From a virus: a DNA stretch of 64,000 nt. The DNA lies in IMG/VR virus record IMGVR_UViG_3300034109_001012. One strand, given 5' to 3'. Shown here piece after piece: positions 55,767 through 64,000 of the stretch. Each line of letters begins with the position of its first letter. Within the stretch, counting starts at the first letter, position 1. Position numbers and translations under genes: made by a program. The notes under the pieces are model-generated. The model had not been told where the DNA came from and ran no database searches. It saw only the letters and a list, made by a program, of their open reading frames with translations.

Positions 55767-56945
55767 TTAGGCTCCTAATTTTTGTTCGCGTTTGGATCTC
55801 AGGATTGCGAGGCGTTCATCCTTAGAAAGTTCGCTGATATTGCGGGTTTGGGTTGATTTGCCACCGCTAAACTTAGCTTTTGATTTCAACCACGACTCGG
55901 CATCGGCAAGGATTTTCAGTGGCTCGGATTTCCATTTCTGAGCAAGGGAGGATTTCGCATGGTTTGAATTACAGTCTTTGCCCCTGTAATGAGTGCATTT
56001 GCTTAATAGCCCCCTGTAATATTCCAAAAACTCAGGGTCGGGCGATCGCTCACCTCTCATGGCTCCGGTCGCCACAATTGCATTCCAAGTTTTCATATTG
56101 TCTGCTGTTGTGTCCGTTGGCAGAAATCGAGGATCGGACTCGACGGCGGCGGAATGTCTGATCACCGGATTAAGATTTTGTTCAGGTCGGTGATTTTCTT
56201 TTTGACTTTGCCACACAGCAAAGTCCTCGGTAAGCTCTTCCCCCTGGACTTCGTTTGAAATCAAAACGGCTTCGTCCTGAATCCCCCCCCACTCCGATTC
56301 CCCTTGGGGGGTAAGGGGGGTATTTTCTGGAGTCTTTTCTGAAGTCTTTTCTGAAATATCTATATAAGGAATGGGAAATTGGGATTCACCACCCTGGTAA
56401 ATTGGGATTCCCGATGACAGTAAATTGGGATTTACCATATTCAGTAAATTGGGATTCCCGATTTCCTGTAGATTGGGATCTACCATTTGGGGTCTAGTTT
56501 TCCGTGGGCGAAAACCCACTGATTTTTGCCTGGGTTCGATATCGGAAATTAGCTCATCTACCTTGCTGTGATTCCGAAAGTAGAAAGTTAACCCCGACCT
56601 CCGGTCAACGTAGGAACAGTAGTAATTACAACCAAATTCCGATCCGCTAGATTTTGCTTCGTCATACTGGGTTTTGGAGTTGTAACGGACTCCAATCTTG
56701 TCAAACCCAGTCCTAAATTCTTCTTTAGAAAAAGCGAGTTCCTCAACCCAACTATCCCCAAGCCTGTAGTCCTGATGTCCGTTTTGAGGGGGTTCTAAAA
56801 ACTTATAAAACCCGTCTGGATACTTTGCGAAACGATACTCAAGTTGCATCATAAGAATCGTGGCTACTACGCTCCCTGTTTGCTGCCTGAGTCCGGGGAT
56901 ATAGGGGACGGCTTCTGCAAAGGCGGCTAGAATAGATGGTTTCAC
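55767..56945 (-). CDS. Replication initiator-like protein containing ori-like iterons
   Basis: 392-aa ORF upstream of loader/helicase; contains 5 phased DNA repeats (56376-56480), as lambda O does. Confidence 0.5.
   Translation of the reverse strand: MKPSILAAFAEAVPYIPGLRQQTGSVVATILMMQLEYRFAKYPDGFYKFLEPPQNGHQDYRLGDSWVEELAFSKEEFRTGFDKIGVRYNSKTQYDEAKSSGSEFGCNYYCSYVDRRSGLTFYFRNHSKVDELISDIEPRQKSVGFRPRKTRPQMVDPNLQEIGNPNLLNMVNPNLLSSGIPIYQGGESQFPIPYIDISEKTSEKTPENTPLTPQGESEWGGIQDEAVLISNEVQGEELTEDFAVWQSQKENHRPEQNLNPVIRHSAAVESDPRFLPTDTTADNMKTWNAIVATGAMRGERSPDPEFLEYYRGLLSKCTHYRGKDCNSNHAKSSLAQKWKSEPLKILADAESWLKSKAKFSGGKSTQTRNISELSKDERLAILRSKREQKLGA
56376..56480. repeat. Five iteron-like repeats (G)TAAATTGGGATTYMCC at 23-24 bp spacing: candidate origin of replication
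   Basis: TTGGGA cores at 56379, 56402, 56425, 56449, 56473; flanked by AGTCTTTTCTGAA x2 and an AT-rich patch. Confidence 0.6.
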
Positions 56946-57310
56946 GCCACACCCCCCAGATTGTCAAGAGCAGTCTGAATAATTTCTGTATTGAACTTAT
57001 AGAGAAGTGTCCTATCCATAGGGTCAGGACTTGGTTTGCTTTCAATAAATCCCTTAGCTTTCAGAACTTTTAAAGACTCAATAACCTTGCTCTGTTTAAA
57101 AGTCCCACACAGGGATTCAACGATTTCATTTATCGGAATGTGAACCCATGGAGTGTAGATCAAAGAATCTTGATCCCAATCAGCATGACACCAAGTCCAA
57201 TGTTCAAATGAAGCTAAAATCTGGGCAGCGCAAGCATCGCCACCGCATATCTGAACGTAATCCGATCTAATGATTGAATAATTTCCGGTGTGATGAATAA
57301 GTTCTTTCAT
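56942..57310 (-). CDS. Hypothetical winged-helix-like protein, first large gene of the leftward replication operon
   Basis: Start taken at MKELIHH (57310); track start is 57328. Confidence 0.4.
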   Translation of the reverse strand: MKELIHHTGNYSIIRSDYVQICGGDACAAQILASFEHWTWCHADWDQDSLIYTPWVHIPINEIVESLCGTFKQSKVIESLKVLKAKGFIESKPSPDPMDRTLLYKFNTEIIQTALDNLGGVA

Positions 57311-57411
57311 ACAGCCCCCACTTCCCACTTACTGGGATGAATTGTTTCGATATCACCGCTAACCATCCCGAGATTAATTAGCTCGCGTAATGCAAGTATT
57401 GAAATCTTCAT
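57307..57411 (-). CDS. 34-aa ORF MKISILALRELINLGMVSGDIETIHPSKWEVGAV (not in track)
   Basis: GAGGAAAATATG RBS; ATGA overlap with the next gene. Confidence 0.3.
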   Translation of the reverse strand: MKISILALRELINLGMVSGDIETIHPSKWEVGAV

Positions 57412-57786
57412 ATTTTCCTCAAAATTTTTAGGGAAAATGATGATCAACATCTTCGATCATCTCCCCGTTTGGGTTCTTCCGACGGGGAATTTTCCCCGAT
57501 TTTCTGTGATGATTCGCAGAAAAATAAACAATTTATGACTGCGAAAATTGCTAGACTGATTGCGATTTTTTTCATTTCATTATTTAGGAAACCAAAGGGA
57601 ATGCTTGAATCTTCCCTCTGGTTAATAGGTGTTCTACAATCTGCCCGTTCAGTTTTTCATCCCATAGGCATTTTTACTTTTTGTGTTTTTCCCTTACTAT
57701 TTACAGAACCGATCCGTCCAGGGAAGGCTTGTTGTTTCAGGGGGTGCAGGAATCTGGTGATTTGGTCTTGCCAGATTCCTACAATA

Positions 57787-57815
57787 TTGCTATGGTAGAA
57801 CAAAAATCTTATAAT
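57787..57815 (+). promoter_or_regulatory. Sigma70-like promoter TTGCTA-N17-TATAAT for the rightward HTH gene
   Basis: Hexamers at 57787-92 and 57810-15; preceded by a 10-bp perfect inverted repeat AGGAATCTGG/CCAGATTCCT (57748-57780). Confidence 0.5.
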
Positions 57816-57866
57816 GTCAATATAAGAAATGATGAAAATAATGATGGACATGGAGGCGAAGAAATT

Positions 57867-58127
57867 ATGGTTCCTTATAGTCGGGTCTTGATGATTTCCT
57901 GGGATAAGAAGGCGGGCGCAGCACTAAGAAAGATTAGAGACGCTACAAAATTATCGCGTCGGCAGTTGGCAGAATTGACTAACGGAGCCGTGTCTGAACC
58001 CACGATCATTAAATTAGAGCTTGGAGATGTTGAGGCTGTGAGTAGAGAAAAGCTGGATGCTTTGCTGTGGAGTCTTGGCAGTGATATTAGTTCAGTCTTC
58101 CCTACGGTACTTGTAAAAAACTTTTGA
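57867..58127 (+). CDS. XRE-family HTH regulator (Cro/CI-like)
   Basis: GGAGG RBS 10 nt upstream; LSRRQLAELTNGAVSEPTIIKLELG HTH; track ORF extends upstream to 57681. Confidence 0.65.
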   Translation: MVPYSRVLMISWDKKAGAALRKIRDATKLSRRQLAELTNGAVSEPTIIKLELGDVEAVSREKLDALLWSLGSDISSVFPTVLVKNF

Positions 58128-58134
58128 AAATCGC

Positions 58135-58165
58135 TTGACAATCTTATAATGCTGTTATAAGATTG
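58135..58165 (+). promoter_or_regulatory. Promoter TTGACA-N17-TAAGAT overlapped by an 11-bp perfect inverted repeat operator
   Basis: CAATCTTATAA-TGCTG-TTATAAGATTG at 58139-58165. Confidence 0.55.
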
Positions 58166-58245
58166 TAGATACAAAGCCAAAAGCGGTCAGCACCCGACTA
58201 CAACATCAGTGCCAACCGCTTAGGGATAAAACCCAATCAAAAACC

Positions 58246-58737
58246 ATGATAGCAACAACCGTCCAAATTAATCAAGTCCAGTCCCCCGCATTAAAAGAAG
58301 CCTTGGCACTGGCAAGCAATAAAGAAATTCTCGCACAAATCCTGGCGTGGGATTCCTGCGGCACTTGTAGCTACGAGCCTGATGAGATTGTAGCCGTCAA
58401 ATATAAGGAGGATATCGTGAGAGTTGAGTTAACCGATGGTCGCGCCACCCACTTATCCGACAATCAAATTCTAAATTACTGGGAGCAAATTCAAACAAAA
58501 AAACAGCCCGAAGAAAAAGTTGATGTTGTCAAACTAGCCAAAGAAACAGGAACGGCTGTTTATGAAAACGGTTGTAAGTTGGGCTTCGTAGTCCAGTACC
58601 GCAAAGACTTTTATGCGGTTTCTGAGATGTTGGTTCACGGTCGGGGGTTTCAATATTCCCAATCCCGCCATAGTTCGTTTCAGTTAGCCGCCGATGCTTT
58701 GGTTGAACAGTCTTGGGTTGAGGAGGAGGTGGCGTAA
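58246..58737 (+). CDS. Hypothetical early protein
   Basis: 163-aa ORF. Confidence 0.45.
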   Translation: MIATTVQINQVQSPALKEALALASNKEILAQILAWDSCGTCSYEPDEIVAVKYKEDIVRVELTDGRATHLSDNQILNYWEQIQTKKQPEEKVDVVKLAKETGTAVYENGCKLGFVVQYRKDFYAVSEMLVHGRGFQYSQSRHSSFQLAADALVEQSWVEEEVA

Positions 58738-58922
58738 TGGATGGTCTTGAGCAACTTGCCGAAGAATTTAAAAAATTAATCGAAGAGCGAGATCAACTCC
58801 CGTACCACGAACACGAAAACAATCCTCGATGTATTGAGATTGACGAGGTTGAAATTCCCCGAATTATAAACCAAATTCCAAAGGGGAGAACGAATAGATT
58901 TAATCAACTCATCAATGACTAG
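58737..58922 (+). CDS. Hypothetical early protein
   Basis: 61-aa ORF, TAATG coupling. Confidence 0.4.
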   Translation: MDGLEQLAEEFKKLIEERDQLPYHEHENNPRCIEIDEVEIPRIINQIPKGRTNRFNQLIND

Positions 58923-58926
58923 ACTC

Positions 58927-59015
58927 GTTTCTCCCTTACGCTTCATAGTGCGATTGTGAGGCGTTGGGGCGGTGTGATTAAGCCCGAATTAAACCCACAG
59001 AAATCAAGTTTAACA
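58927..59015 (+). repeat. Conserved intergenic cassette, copy 1 (13-bp stem hairpin plus CGGTGYGATTAAGCCC box)
   Basis: CCCTTACGCTTCA (58933-45) pairs with TGAGGCGTTGGGG (58957-69). Confidence 0.7.
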
Positions 59016-59026
59016 GGAAACCAAGA

Positions 59027-59182
59027 ATGAAACACTTTTACTGTTTTATTACAGGCTATTTCGATATTGAAAGAGATCACCTGTTTGGGATGAAACTATT
59101 AAAAATAAAACCATTTGTGATCTGGTACGGGTGGAAAGACTGGCGAGTTGATGCCAGGAAATTTATCTACGGAGATGATTAA
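59027..59182 (+). CDS. 51-aa ORF MKHFYCFITGYFDIERDHLFGMKLLKIKPFVIWYGWKDWRVDARKFIYGDD (not in track)
   Basis: Sits between the two cassette copies. Confidence 0.35.
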   Translation: MKHFYCFITGYFDIERDHLFGMKLLKIKPFVIWYGWKDWRVDARKFIYGDD

Positions 59183-59184
59183 TC

Positions 59185-59275
59185 GTTTTTCCCTTACGCT
59201 TCATAAATATCTTAATTTGTGAGGCGTTGGGGCGGTGCGATTAAGCCCAAATAAACCAACAAAAACCAAGCTAAA
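59185..59275 (+). repeat. Conserved intergenic cassette, copy 2
   Basis: Same stem arms at 59191-59203 and 59220-59232, different loop. Confidence 0.7.
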
Positions 59276-59278
59276 ACA

Positions 59279-60127
59279 ATGACTTCAACTATTGACCATG
59301 TTGACCAAGATCAATTAATGCAAGTTCAACGCGATGAATTTGCATCCGAGGAATATTTAGACCCTAATGCACGGCTTCCACGGATTCAAGCCTTACGCGG
59401 AGAAGACCCCAAACAGTGCGGGTATTTTATCGAAATTAACCAAGCCGCAAAAGCCGGATGGAATAATTTTGACAAAAAAGATTTAATTGAATATGTTTTT
59501 GCAAGCGGTGAGACTGAACAAGGTTTGTCGTTTAAAAAGATGCGGATGTTAGTGTGTCCTCGGACTCCGGTTTTGGCACTCAATAAAACTGCGACAAAAG
59601 AACAGCAAACGAATGTTTTTGATGGATATTATAAAAAAAATATCCATAAAGCTAATAAAGACTTCACTAATTTTCAAGCGTTTGATGTATTTCTTTTGGA
59701 TGCAAAAAACATTCCTCTGCACCAAATTCCCTTGAGCCTAAAACTTACTGGTGCTGCTCAAGCGACCTTTTCTGTTGAATGGGGAAAATTCATAACGGCA
59801 ATTACATCTTGTCATGCCATTGAAAACCAAATTCCTGCTAGTGAAAAAGCGATGACATTCAAGAGTTTATGCGTTTTTGCTTTTGAGGTTAAACGCGAGA
59901 TGGCAGGCGATGAAACAAAATCCCCCGCTTGTAAAGTTGCAGGATTTGAAAACCCAACATTAGAAACCTGGAAAAACTATTTTGTTGGGTACAATGCACG
60001 GGCTAAAGAATTTACCTGGCAAGGGTTACAGCCTAAACGCCCATTGATCCAACCCGATCAAATTATGGCAGCATTACCCCCTGTTAGTGACTTAGAGGCA
60101 TTGGCGGCTGCGGGTATTGATTTCTAA
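59279..60127 (+). CDS. Hypothetical early protein
   Basis: 282-aa ORF. Confidence 0.5.
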   Translation: MTSTIDHVDQDQLMQVQRDEFASEEYLDPNARLPRIQALRGEDPKQCGYFIEINQAAKAGWNNFDKKDLIEYVFASGETEQGLSFKKMRMLVCPRTPVLALNKTATKEQQTNVFDGYYKKNIHKANKDFTNFQAFDVFLLDAKNIPLHQIPLSLKLTGAAQATFSVEWGKFITAITSCHAIENQIPASEKAMTFKSLCVFAFEVKREMAGDETKSPACKVAGFENPTLETWKNYFVGYNARAKEFTWQGLQPKRPLIQPDQIMAALPPVSDLEALAAAGIDF

Positions 60128-60179
60128 ACAACTCCTGGGGGTGAAATTCCCCCAATTCAAAACTCTACAGCTATGACAT

Positions 60180-60428
60180 ATGAACGCATCAGAAGTCCGA
60201 ATAATAGCTTCAAATTACGACAAGGATTATTGCGCGATGCCAGAAGGTGTCGAACTTTGGGGAACAAGAGAGGGGGATTGGTGGTTAACGGGAACCAATT
60301 GGTTTCTATTAAGAGAAAACACTGTTCTTTCTAGTCAATACCAACCGCCCTGCGACAGCGAGAAAGAGGCAAAACGCCTACGAACTAAATGGATTAACGA
60401 GTTAATGAGAGCAGGAAAAGGGTTATGA
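60180..60428 (+). CDS. Hypothetical protein
   Basis: 82-aa ORF. Confidence 0.4.
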   Translation: MNASEVRIIASNYDKDYCAMPEGVELWGTREGDWWLTGTNWFLLRENTVLSSQYQPPCDSEKEAKRLRTKWINELMRAGKGL

Positions 60429-60480
60429 CAATAGGATGACAAAGATCATTTAATTGTGTTTGTAAGCAAGAATCTCCTGG

Positions 60481-60513
60481 GGGTGGAAAGCCCTCTAGCT
60501 ACACCCTTTTTTT
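60481..60513 (+). terminator. Hairpin GGGTG..CACCC followed by T7
   Basis: Stem 60481-85/60502-06, T-run 60507-13. Confidence 0.45.
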
Positions 60514-60534
60514 AACCCAATAACCAGAAACCAG

Positions 60535-60888
60535 ATGTCAAGTACGAAGCGTTATTCTCCAGAAATTAGGAAAATAGCTTACGAAGCTATTAAGTCGGGC
60601 AAAAGCCTGACCGAGATATCTCGAAATCTTGGAATAGGGAGAGCCACGCTTTTCCGGTGGAAGCGAGTCGGGGAACTCCCTGCCGACTACGGTAGGGTCG
60701 CCCCATCATTTCGGTCAATAAGAAAAACCTCACAACCGGAGGAAATTTATCAACAATTGTTTTGCAAATTGCCAACTCTAAATCAGGAGTTTGCAGAACA
60801 TCTCATACAGCAGTATGAAGGGGGCATATTTTTTGCCATTGAATATGCCAAATTAACACTAAGACGAATACAGAAAGGTAATGAGTAA
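60535..60888 (+). CDS. Helix-turn-helix DNA-binding protein
   Basis: KSGKSLTEISRNLGIGRATLFRWKR HTH near the N-terminus. Confidence 0.55.
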   Translation: MSSTKRYSPEIRKIAYEAIKSGKSLTEISRNLGIGRATLFRWKRVGELPADYGRVAPSFRSIRKTSQPEEIYQQLFCKLPTLNQEFAEHLIQQYEGGIFFAIEYAKLTLRRIQKGNE

Positions 60889-61072
60889 ACAGAAAGGCTA
60901 CGCGATTTGGGAACTAGGAAAAGGCGTTATTATCGCGTCTTATCCGAGATTTAATCAAGCTCGGAAAAAGTGCGAGGAAATGAATAAATCTGGCACTGGC
61001 AGATACTATATCCAGGAAGATTGGGACGGGGTTCCCGTTTCAGTTATCACAAGAACAAGGGTTGAGCCATGA
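60881..61072 (+). CDS. Hypothetical protein
   Basis: 63-aa ORF. Confidence 0.4.
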   Translation: MSKQKGYAIWELGKGVIIASYPRFNQARKKCEEMNKSGTGRYYIQEDWDGVPVSVITRTRVEP

Positions 61073-61362
61073 GAAAAACAATTGTAACCCATACTATTTA
61101 TGGGCGCTGGAAAATAAAGGCAACTGTCAGAAAATGGATCGCTGTGCATCGGATTGACGACGACTATTGGGGTGTCACTCACTTGGCATCGGGGCGATGT
61201 TTCCCAGGGTATTTTCACTCTAAAAAAGACGCGATCGCAGCATCTAAACTAGCTCGGAGGATGTTCCCCCATCCATTGAGAAAAAAAAACCAACACTTAA
61301 TGCCAACTCAAAACCAGTGGCTTCAAACCCTCTGGGATGCCAAGATTGCATTTACTAAATAG
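61069..61362 (+). CDS. Hypothetical protein
   Basis: 97-aa ORF, ATGA coupling. Confidence 0.4.
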   Translation: MRKTIVTHTIYGRWKIKATVRKWIAVHRIDDDYWGVTHLASGRCFPGYFHSKKDAIAASKLARRMFPHPLRKKNQHLMPTQNQWLQTLWDAKIAFTK

Positions 61363-61372
61363 GAGGAACACT

Positions 61373-61768
61373 ATGTTTGTGGGAGAGTATTCGCTAGGAA
61401 ATGCAGAGGCGACGGAAGAAAACATTGTCCAATTCCCAGAGAAAAATATGGGGACAGTGATGAATGAACAGGGTAAATTAGTCCAATCTGTTTATAATTT
61501 GCAATCGGATTTTATAGCAGGGGGAATAAACAAATCTGTCTACATTCTCTATATGCTTCGTCTTCTTTATGGCTGCAATAAAGATTTAGAAGTTACACCA
61601 GAAAATCTAATCACAATACTTGACTGTTCTGGCGTAACTCCATTGGGGAAGGAGAAAGAAATTAAATTCGATGTGCAAGATGTTCAGGTTGAATTGGCAA
61701 AACTTTCTAAAAAAGGATTGTTGGAGATTAACGAGGTTCCTATTCAGTTAAGGATTCAAGGTTTATGA
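61373..61768 (+). CDS. Hypothetical protein
   Basis: Start taken at MFVGEYS after AGGAGG RBS; track start is 61337. Confidence 0.45.
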   Translation: MFVGEYSLGNAEATEENIVQFPEKNMGTVMNEQGKLVQSVYNLQSDFIAGGINKSVYILYMLRLLYGCNKDLEVTPENLITILDCSGVTPLGKEKEIKFDVQDVQVELAKLSKKGLLEINEVPIQLRIQGL

Positions 61769-62022
61769 TCACCCAGGATTATGAACTTGGATCAAAGGTT
61801 GCGGTTGCTAAACTTCTGGGATTAAAAAACCCAGATTCCGTTAAGCACTACCACAAGAAATGGGATAACGGGATTCACTATAAGAAACGCCCAGGAGGGA
61901 ACCGGAGCGGCTACAGCTACAATCTGACATTAATTAAGCATTGGCAACTGTGCCACGAAGACATTAAAGACAGGAATCACACTCAAGCAATTAAGATTTA
62001 TCGCCGTTCACTCAGACCCTAG
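61765..62022 (+). CDS. Hypothetical protein
   Basis: 85-aa ORF, ATGA coupling. Confidence 0.4.
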   Translation: MITQDYELGSKVAVAKLLGLKNPDSVKHYHKKWDNGIHYKKRPGGNRSGYSYNLTLIKHWQLCHEDIKDRNHTQAIKIYRRSLRP

Positions 62023-62032
62023 AGGTAAAACA

Positions 62033-62176
62033 ATGAATTTGATGCGCGACGGGTTTCGTGACTACAAAACCAACTTCAGATTATGGTGCGATATTGTTGG
62101 TCACAGAACCCCCTACGATTGGCAGTTAACGACATTCTGGTATTGGCTATCTTACCCATCATCGGAGGGCAATTAA
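62033..62176 (+). CDS. 47-aa ORF (not in track)
   Basis: GAGG RBS 8 nt upstream; fills the gap before 62178. Confidence 0.35.
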   Translation: MNLMRDGFRDYKTNFRLWCDIVGHRTPYDWQLTTFWYWLSYPSSEGN

Positions 62177-62177
62177 A

Positions 62178-62603
62178 ATGCTTAAAATTACCGGATCTCG
62201 GTTTAAATTCCCTCTCTTAAACTTCACTTACTTAGGACTTAAATCAATGCAGAAAACTAATTTTAAGATTGCCACAAAATTCTCAGACGCTACTCGCACC
62301 TCGCACCGAAAACCTATCGAATACACAGAGGTAGAAGGGTTTGTTGTCGGGAATTGGGGAATTACTAATTATTGGGCAGGGGATGGTTGGATTGTCTACC
62401 ATACTGTTAAGGGTTTGAGATTGTCCTATCTATATTTTGAGTGGGATAACGCCGTTAAAGTTTTGGAGATGACCGTTAAATTGTTTGGGGAAAACAACGA
62501 TGGCGAACCGACCTCCGATAATTATAAAAAATCCTGTGATTGGGAGCGCGAAGCGCGCCCAATAGCGTCCCGTGAATGCCTTTATTTTGATGACGATGAT
62601 TAA
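62178..62603 (+). CDS. Hypothetical protein
   Basis: 141-aa ORF. Confidence 0.4.
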   Translation: MLKITGSRFKFPLLNFTYLGLKSMQKTNFKIATKFSDATRTSHRKPIEYTEVEGFVVGNWGITNYWAGDGWIVYHTVKGLRLSYLYFEWDNAVKVLEMTVKLFGENNDGEPTSDNYKKSCDWEREARPIASRECLYFDDDD

Positions 62604-62729
62604 TTGATTGATTCTCAACAATAACCAACAATCCCTAGGGGTCAAGCTAACCTATGTAATGTCCTCCGGCATTGACGGGTGGGACGAGATTTAGGCATTA
62701 ATCTGATGGTAACTCCAAAGAAGCTCACT

Positions 62730-62981
62730 CTACCTAGTGGGCTTTTCTTGATCATCTGAATCATTGACAATCTTTTTAATAAATTCCTCAATAGTTAATC
62801 CTTCATCCTCAGACCGAGACTTTAACATCGCCACAATTTGTTCGTCGTTTGCTTCTATTCGAGCTTGCAATACGTTACCCGCCAAGGTTGTGGGTGCTAC
62901 ACCCTTGAGTGCTGCCCATTCCCTTAATCGCTTATTATGCCACGCAGGGATCTTAATCGTAATTCTATACCTTTTGTCCAT
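62730..62981 (-). CDS. Ribbon-helix-helix-like regulator
   Basis: YRITIKIPAWHNKRLREWAALKGVAPTTLAGNVLQARIE pattern; divergent from the 63107 HTH gene. Confidence 0.5.
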   Translation of the reverse strand: MDKRYRITIKIPAWHNKRLREWAALKGVAPTTLAGNVLQARIEANDEQIVAMLKSRSEDEGLTIEEFIKKIVNDSDDQEKPTR

Positions 62982-63009
62982 TGTTTTTTTATGTCGTTTA
63001 GCATATAAT
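62981..63009 (+). promoter_or_regulatory. Promoter TTGTTT-N17-TATAAT
   Basis: Hexamers at 62981-86 and 63004-09; leader carries competing hairpin arms GGGGCTGA / TCAGCC / TCAGCCCC (63038-63068). Confidence 0.4.
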
Positions 63010-63106
63010 CAGCATAACATTAACACAAATACTGAAAGGGGCTGACCGGATATCAGCCGATCAGCCCCACCCCAACCCATTCTTTAACCCAGTTGAGGCT
63101 ATTACA

Positions 63107-63304
63107 ATGTTTGCACAAAAAGAACTATCTGTAGATGAATTTCGTTTACTTACCGGAAAATCCATCAACCAAATTTCATTGTTAACAGGAGCCGACCCTG
63201 ACACGGTAAAAAATCACCGTCGCAAAGGCTACGACCCTAAACCCCAATACGTTCAATTTCGTCGCCACTTAGGTTTGTTAGCACAATCAGAGGGAAAAAT
63301 ATAA
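63107..63304 (+). CDS. Small HTH-like protein
   Basis: 65-aa ORF; LTGKSINQISLLTGADPDTVKNHRRKG. Confidence 0.45.
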   Translation: MFAQKELSVDEFRLLTGKSINQISLLTGADPDTVKNHRRKGYDPKPQYVQFRRHLGLLAQSEGKI

Positions 63305-63507
63305 TGGACAATTATTCACACTCTCAAGAAGTCCATCACCTAAAAGGGGAAATAAAATTAGGGCAAAACCTTAATGGTCAATACTGTATTGCAACGATTA
63401 ATCAAGATAATACCTTTGTGGACTTATGGGTTGACCGAGATGTATTGAAACGATTTTGCAAACACACGCTTTATGTTATGGAATGGCAGGAAAAGAATAA
63501 TCAGTAG
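63304..63507 (+). CDS. Hypothetical protein
   Basis: 67-aa ORF, TAATG coupling. Confidence 0.4.
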   Translation: MDNYSHSQEVHHLKGEIKLGQNLNGQYCIATINQDNTFVDLWVDRDVLKRFCKHTLYVMEWQEKNNQ

Positions 63508-63542
63508 TGGCAAATTCCACCCCAGATGTATTTTCCCCTATG

Positions 63543-63563
63543 CCCACCCTTAGAGGTGGGTTT
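63543..63563 (+). terminator. Hairpin CCCACC-CTTAGA-GGTGGG plus TTT
   Basis: Seen directly after the 63304..63507 stop. Confidence 0.45.
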
Positions 63564-63630
63564 ACTATTGGTACATCAGGTTAAATCAAGCCTGAGTAAA
63601 CCCAGAACGGAGGACTATAGGAAGCCATGA

Positions 63631-64000
63631 ATGGGCGATTTTAGATCGAGGCAAGGGGGAATTAGGAAAACAATAGATCTTAGAGACGAAAACGCTTTAG
63701 AACCATTTTCCTCAAAAGAGATTCAGTTGATTTTCAAGGTTTCCCACCAGACAATCGCAGACAGAAAAGGGGTTTTGGGGATAACAAGAAAACCTGTTGA
63801 TTGGGCGGAATTAAACATCTTGTACCTATTGCATATTTTTGTTAGTTCCAAATACCCACACCATACCTACTATCAGTTCCAAAGCCTCTATCACCACTGT
63901 TTAAACAACGGTTTATCTATCGAGATAGAAGTTTTCCAGAAGATGTTAATGCTAAACACAACACAACTATTTAAGGAGTTTAAAGTCGATGTCCTATCAA
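63631..64000 (+). CDS. 5' part of an ORF running out of the window
   Basis: ATG at 63631, frame open to nt 64000 (MGDFRSRQGGIRKTIDL...). Confidence 0.45.
   Translation, partial: MGDFRSRQGGIRKTIDLRDENALEPFSSKEIQLIFKVSHQTIADRKGVLGITRKPVDWAELNILYLLHIFVSSKYPHHTYYQFQSLYHHCLNNGLSIEIEVFQKMLMLNTTQLFKEFKVDVLS

Larger units (their letters stand above)
1..64000. mobile_element. Temperate tailed-phage genome segment or prophage of a cyanobacterium (siphovirus-like)
   Basis: Contiguous terminase, capsid, tail, tape-measure, integrase plus tRNA-fragment att site and replication module; HIP1 (GCGATCGC) enrichment; nblA gene. Confidence 0.8.

Noticed and set aside
57469-57851. Track ORFs 57469..57798 (+) and 57657..57851 (-), and the upstream part of 57681..58127
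   Set aside because: They lie in the repeat-rich switch region, have odd composition and no RBS. The HTH gene has a good GGAGG-ATG start at 57867.

Overview
This 64-kb window reads as a temperate, siphovirus-like cyanophage genome or prophage. It holds roughly 95 ORFs, is AT-rich, and carries at least 20 copies of the cyanobacterial HIP1 octamer GCGATCGC. Left third: terminase large subunit, a giant MuF-domain/coiled-coil protein, then a minus-strand morphogenesis block. That block has a prohead protease-like gene, acidic scaffold, lambda-gpE-like capsid, tail tube, a G/GT chaperone pair with a U_UUU_UUG -1 slippery site, and a 2641-aa tape measure. Plus-strand portal-like, tail-fibre and membrane-protein genes follow. 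Middle: an N6/N4 DNA methyltransferase, nblA plus tmk auxiliary genes, and a tyrosine integrase beside a 46-nt tRNA-Pro(GGG) 3' fragment (attP-like). Right third: an IscB (OMEGA) RNA-guided nuclease with a structured ~250-nt upstream RNA, a C5 cytosine methyltransferase, DnaB split by a 429-aa Ssp-DnaB-type intein, an initiator gene with embedded iterons, a Cro/CI-like switch region and many small early ORFs. Two observations stand out. First, the 16-nt guide-like 5' end of the putative omega RNA matches (15/16) a 36-bp element repeated three times just downstream of iscB. Second, two covarying tRNA-like acceptor/T-arm minihelices punctuate a small minus-strand operon. All calls come from reading the sequence and ORF track; no database search was possible, so family assignments rest on motifs recalled from memory.
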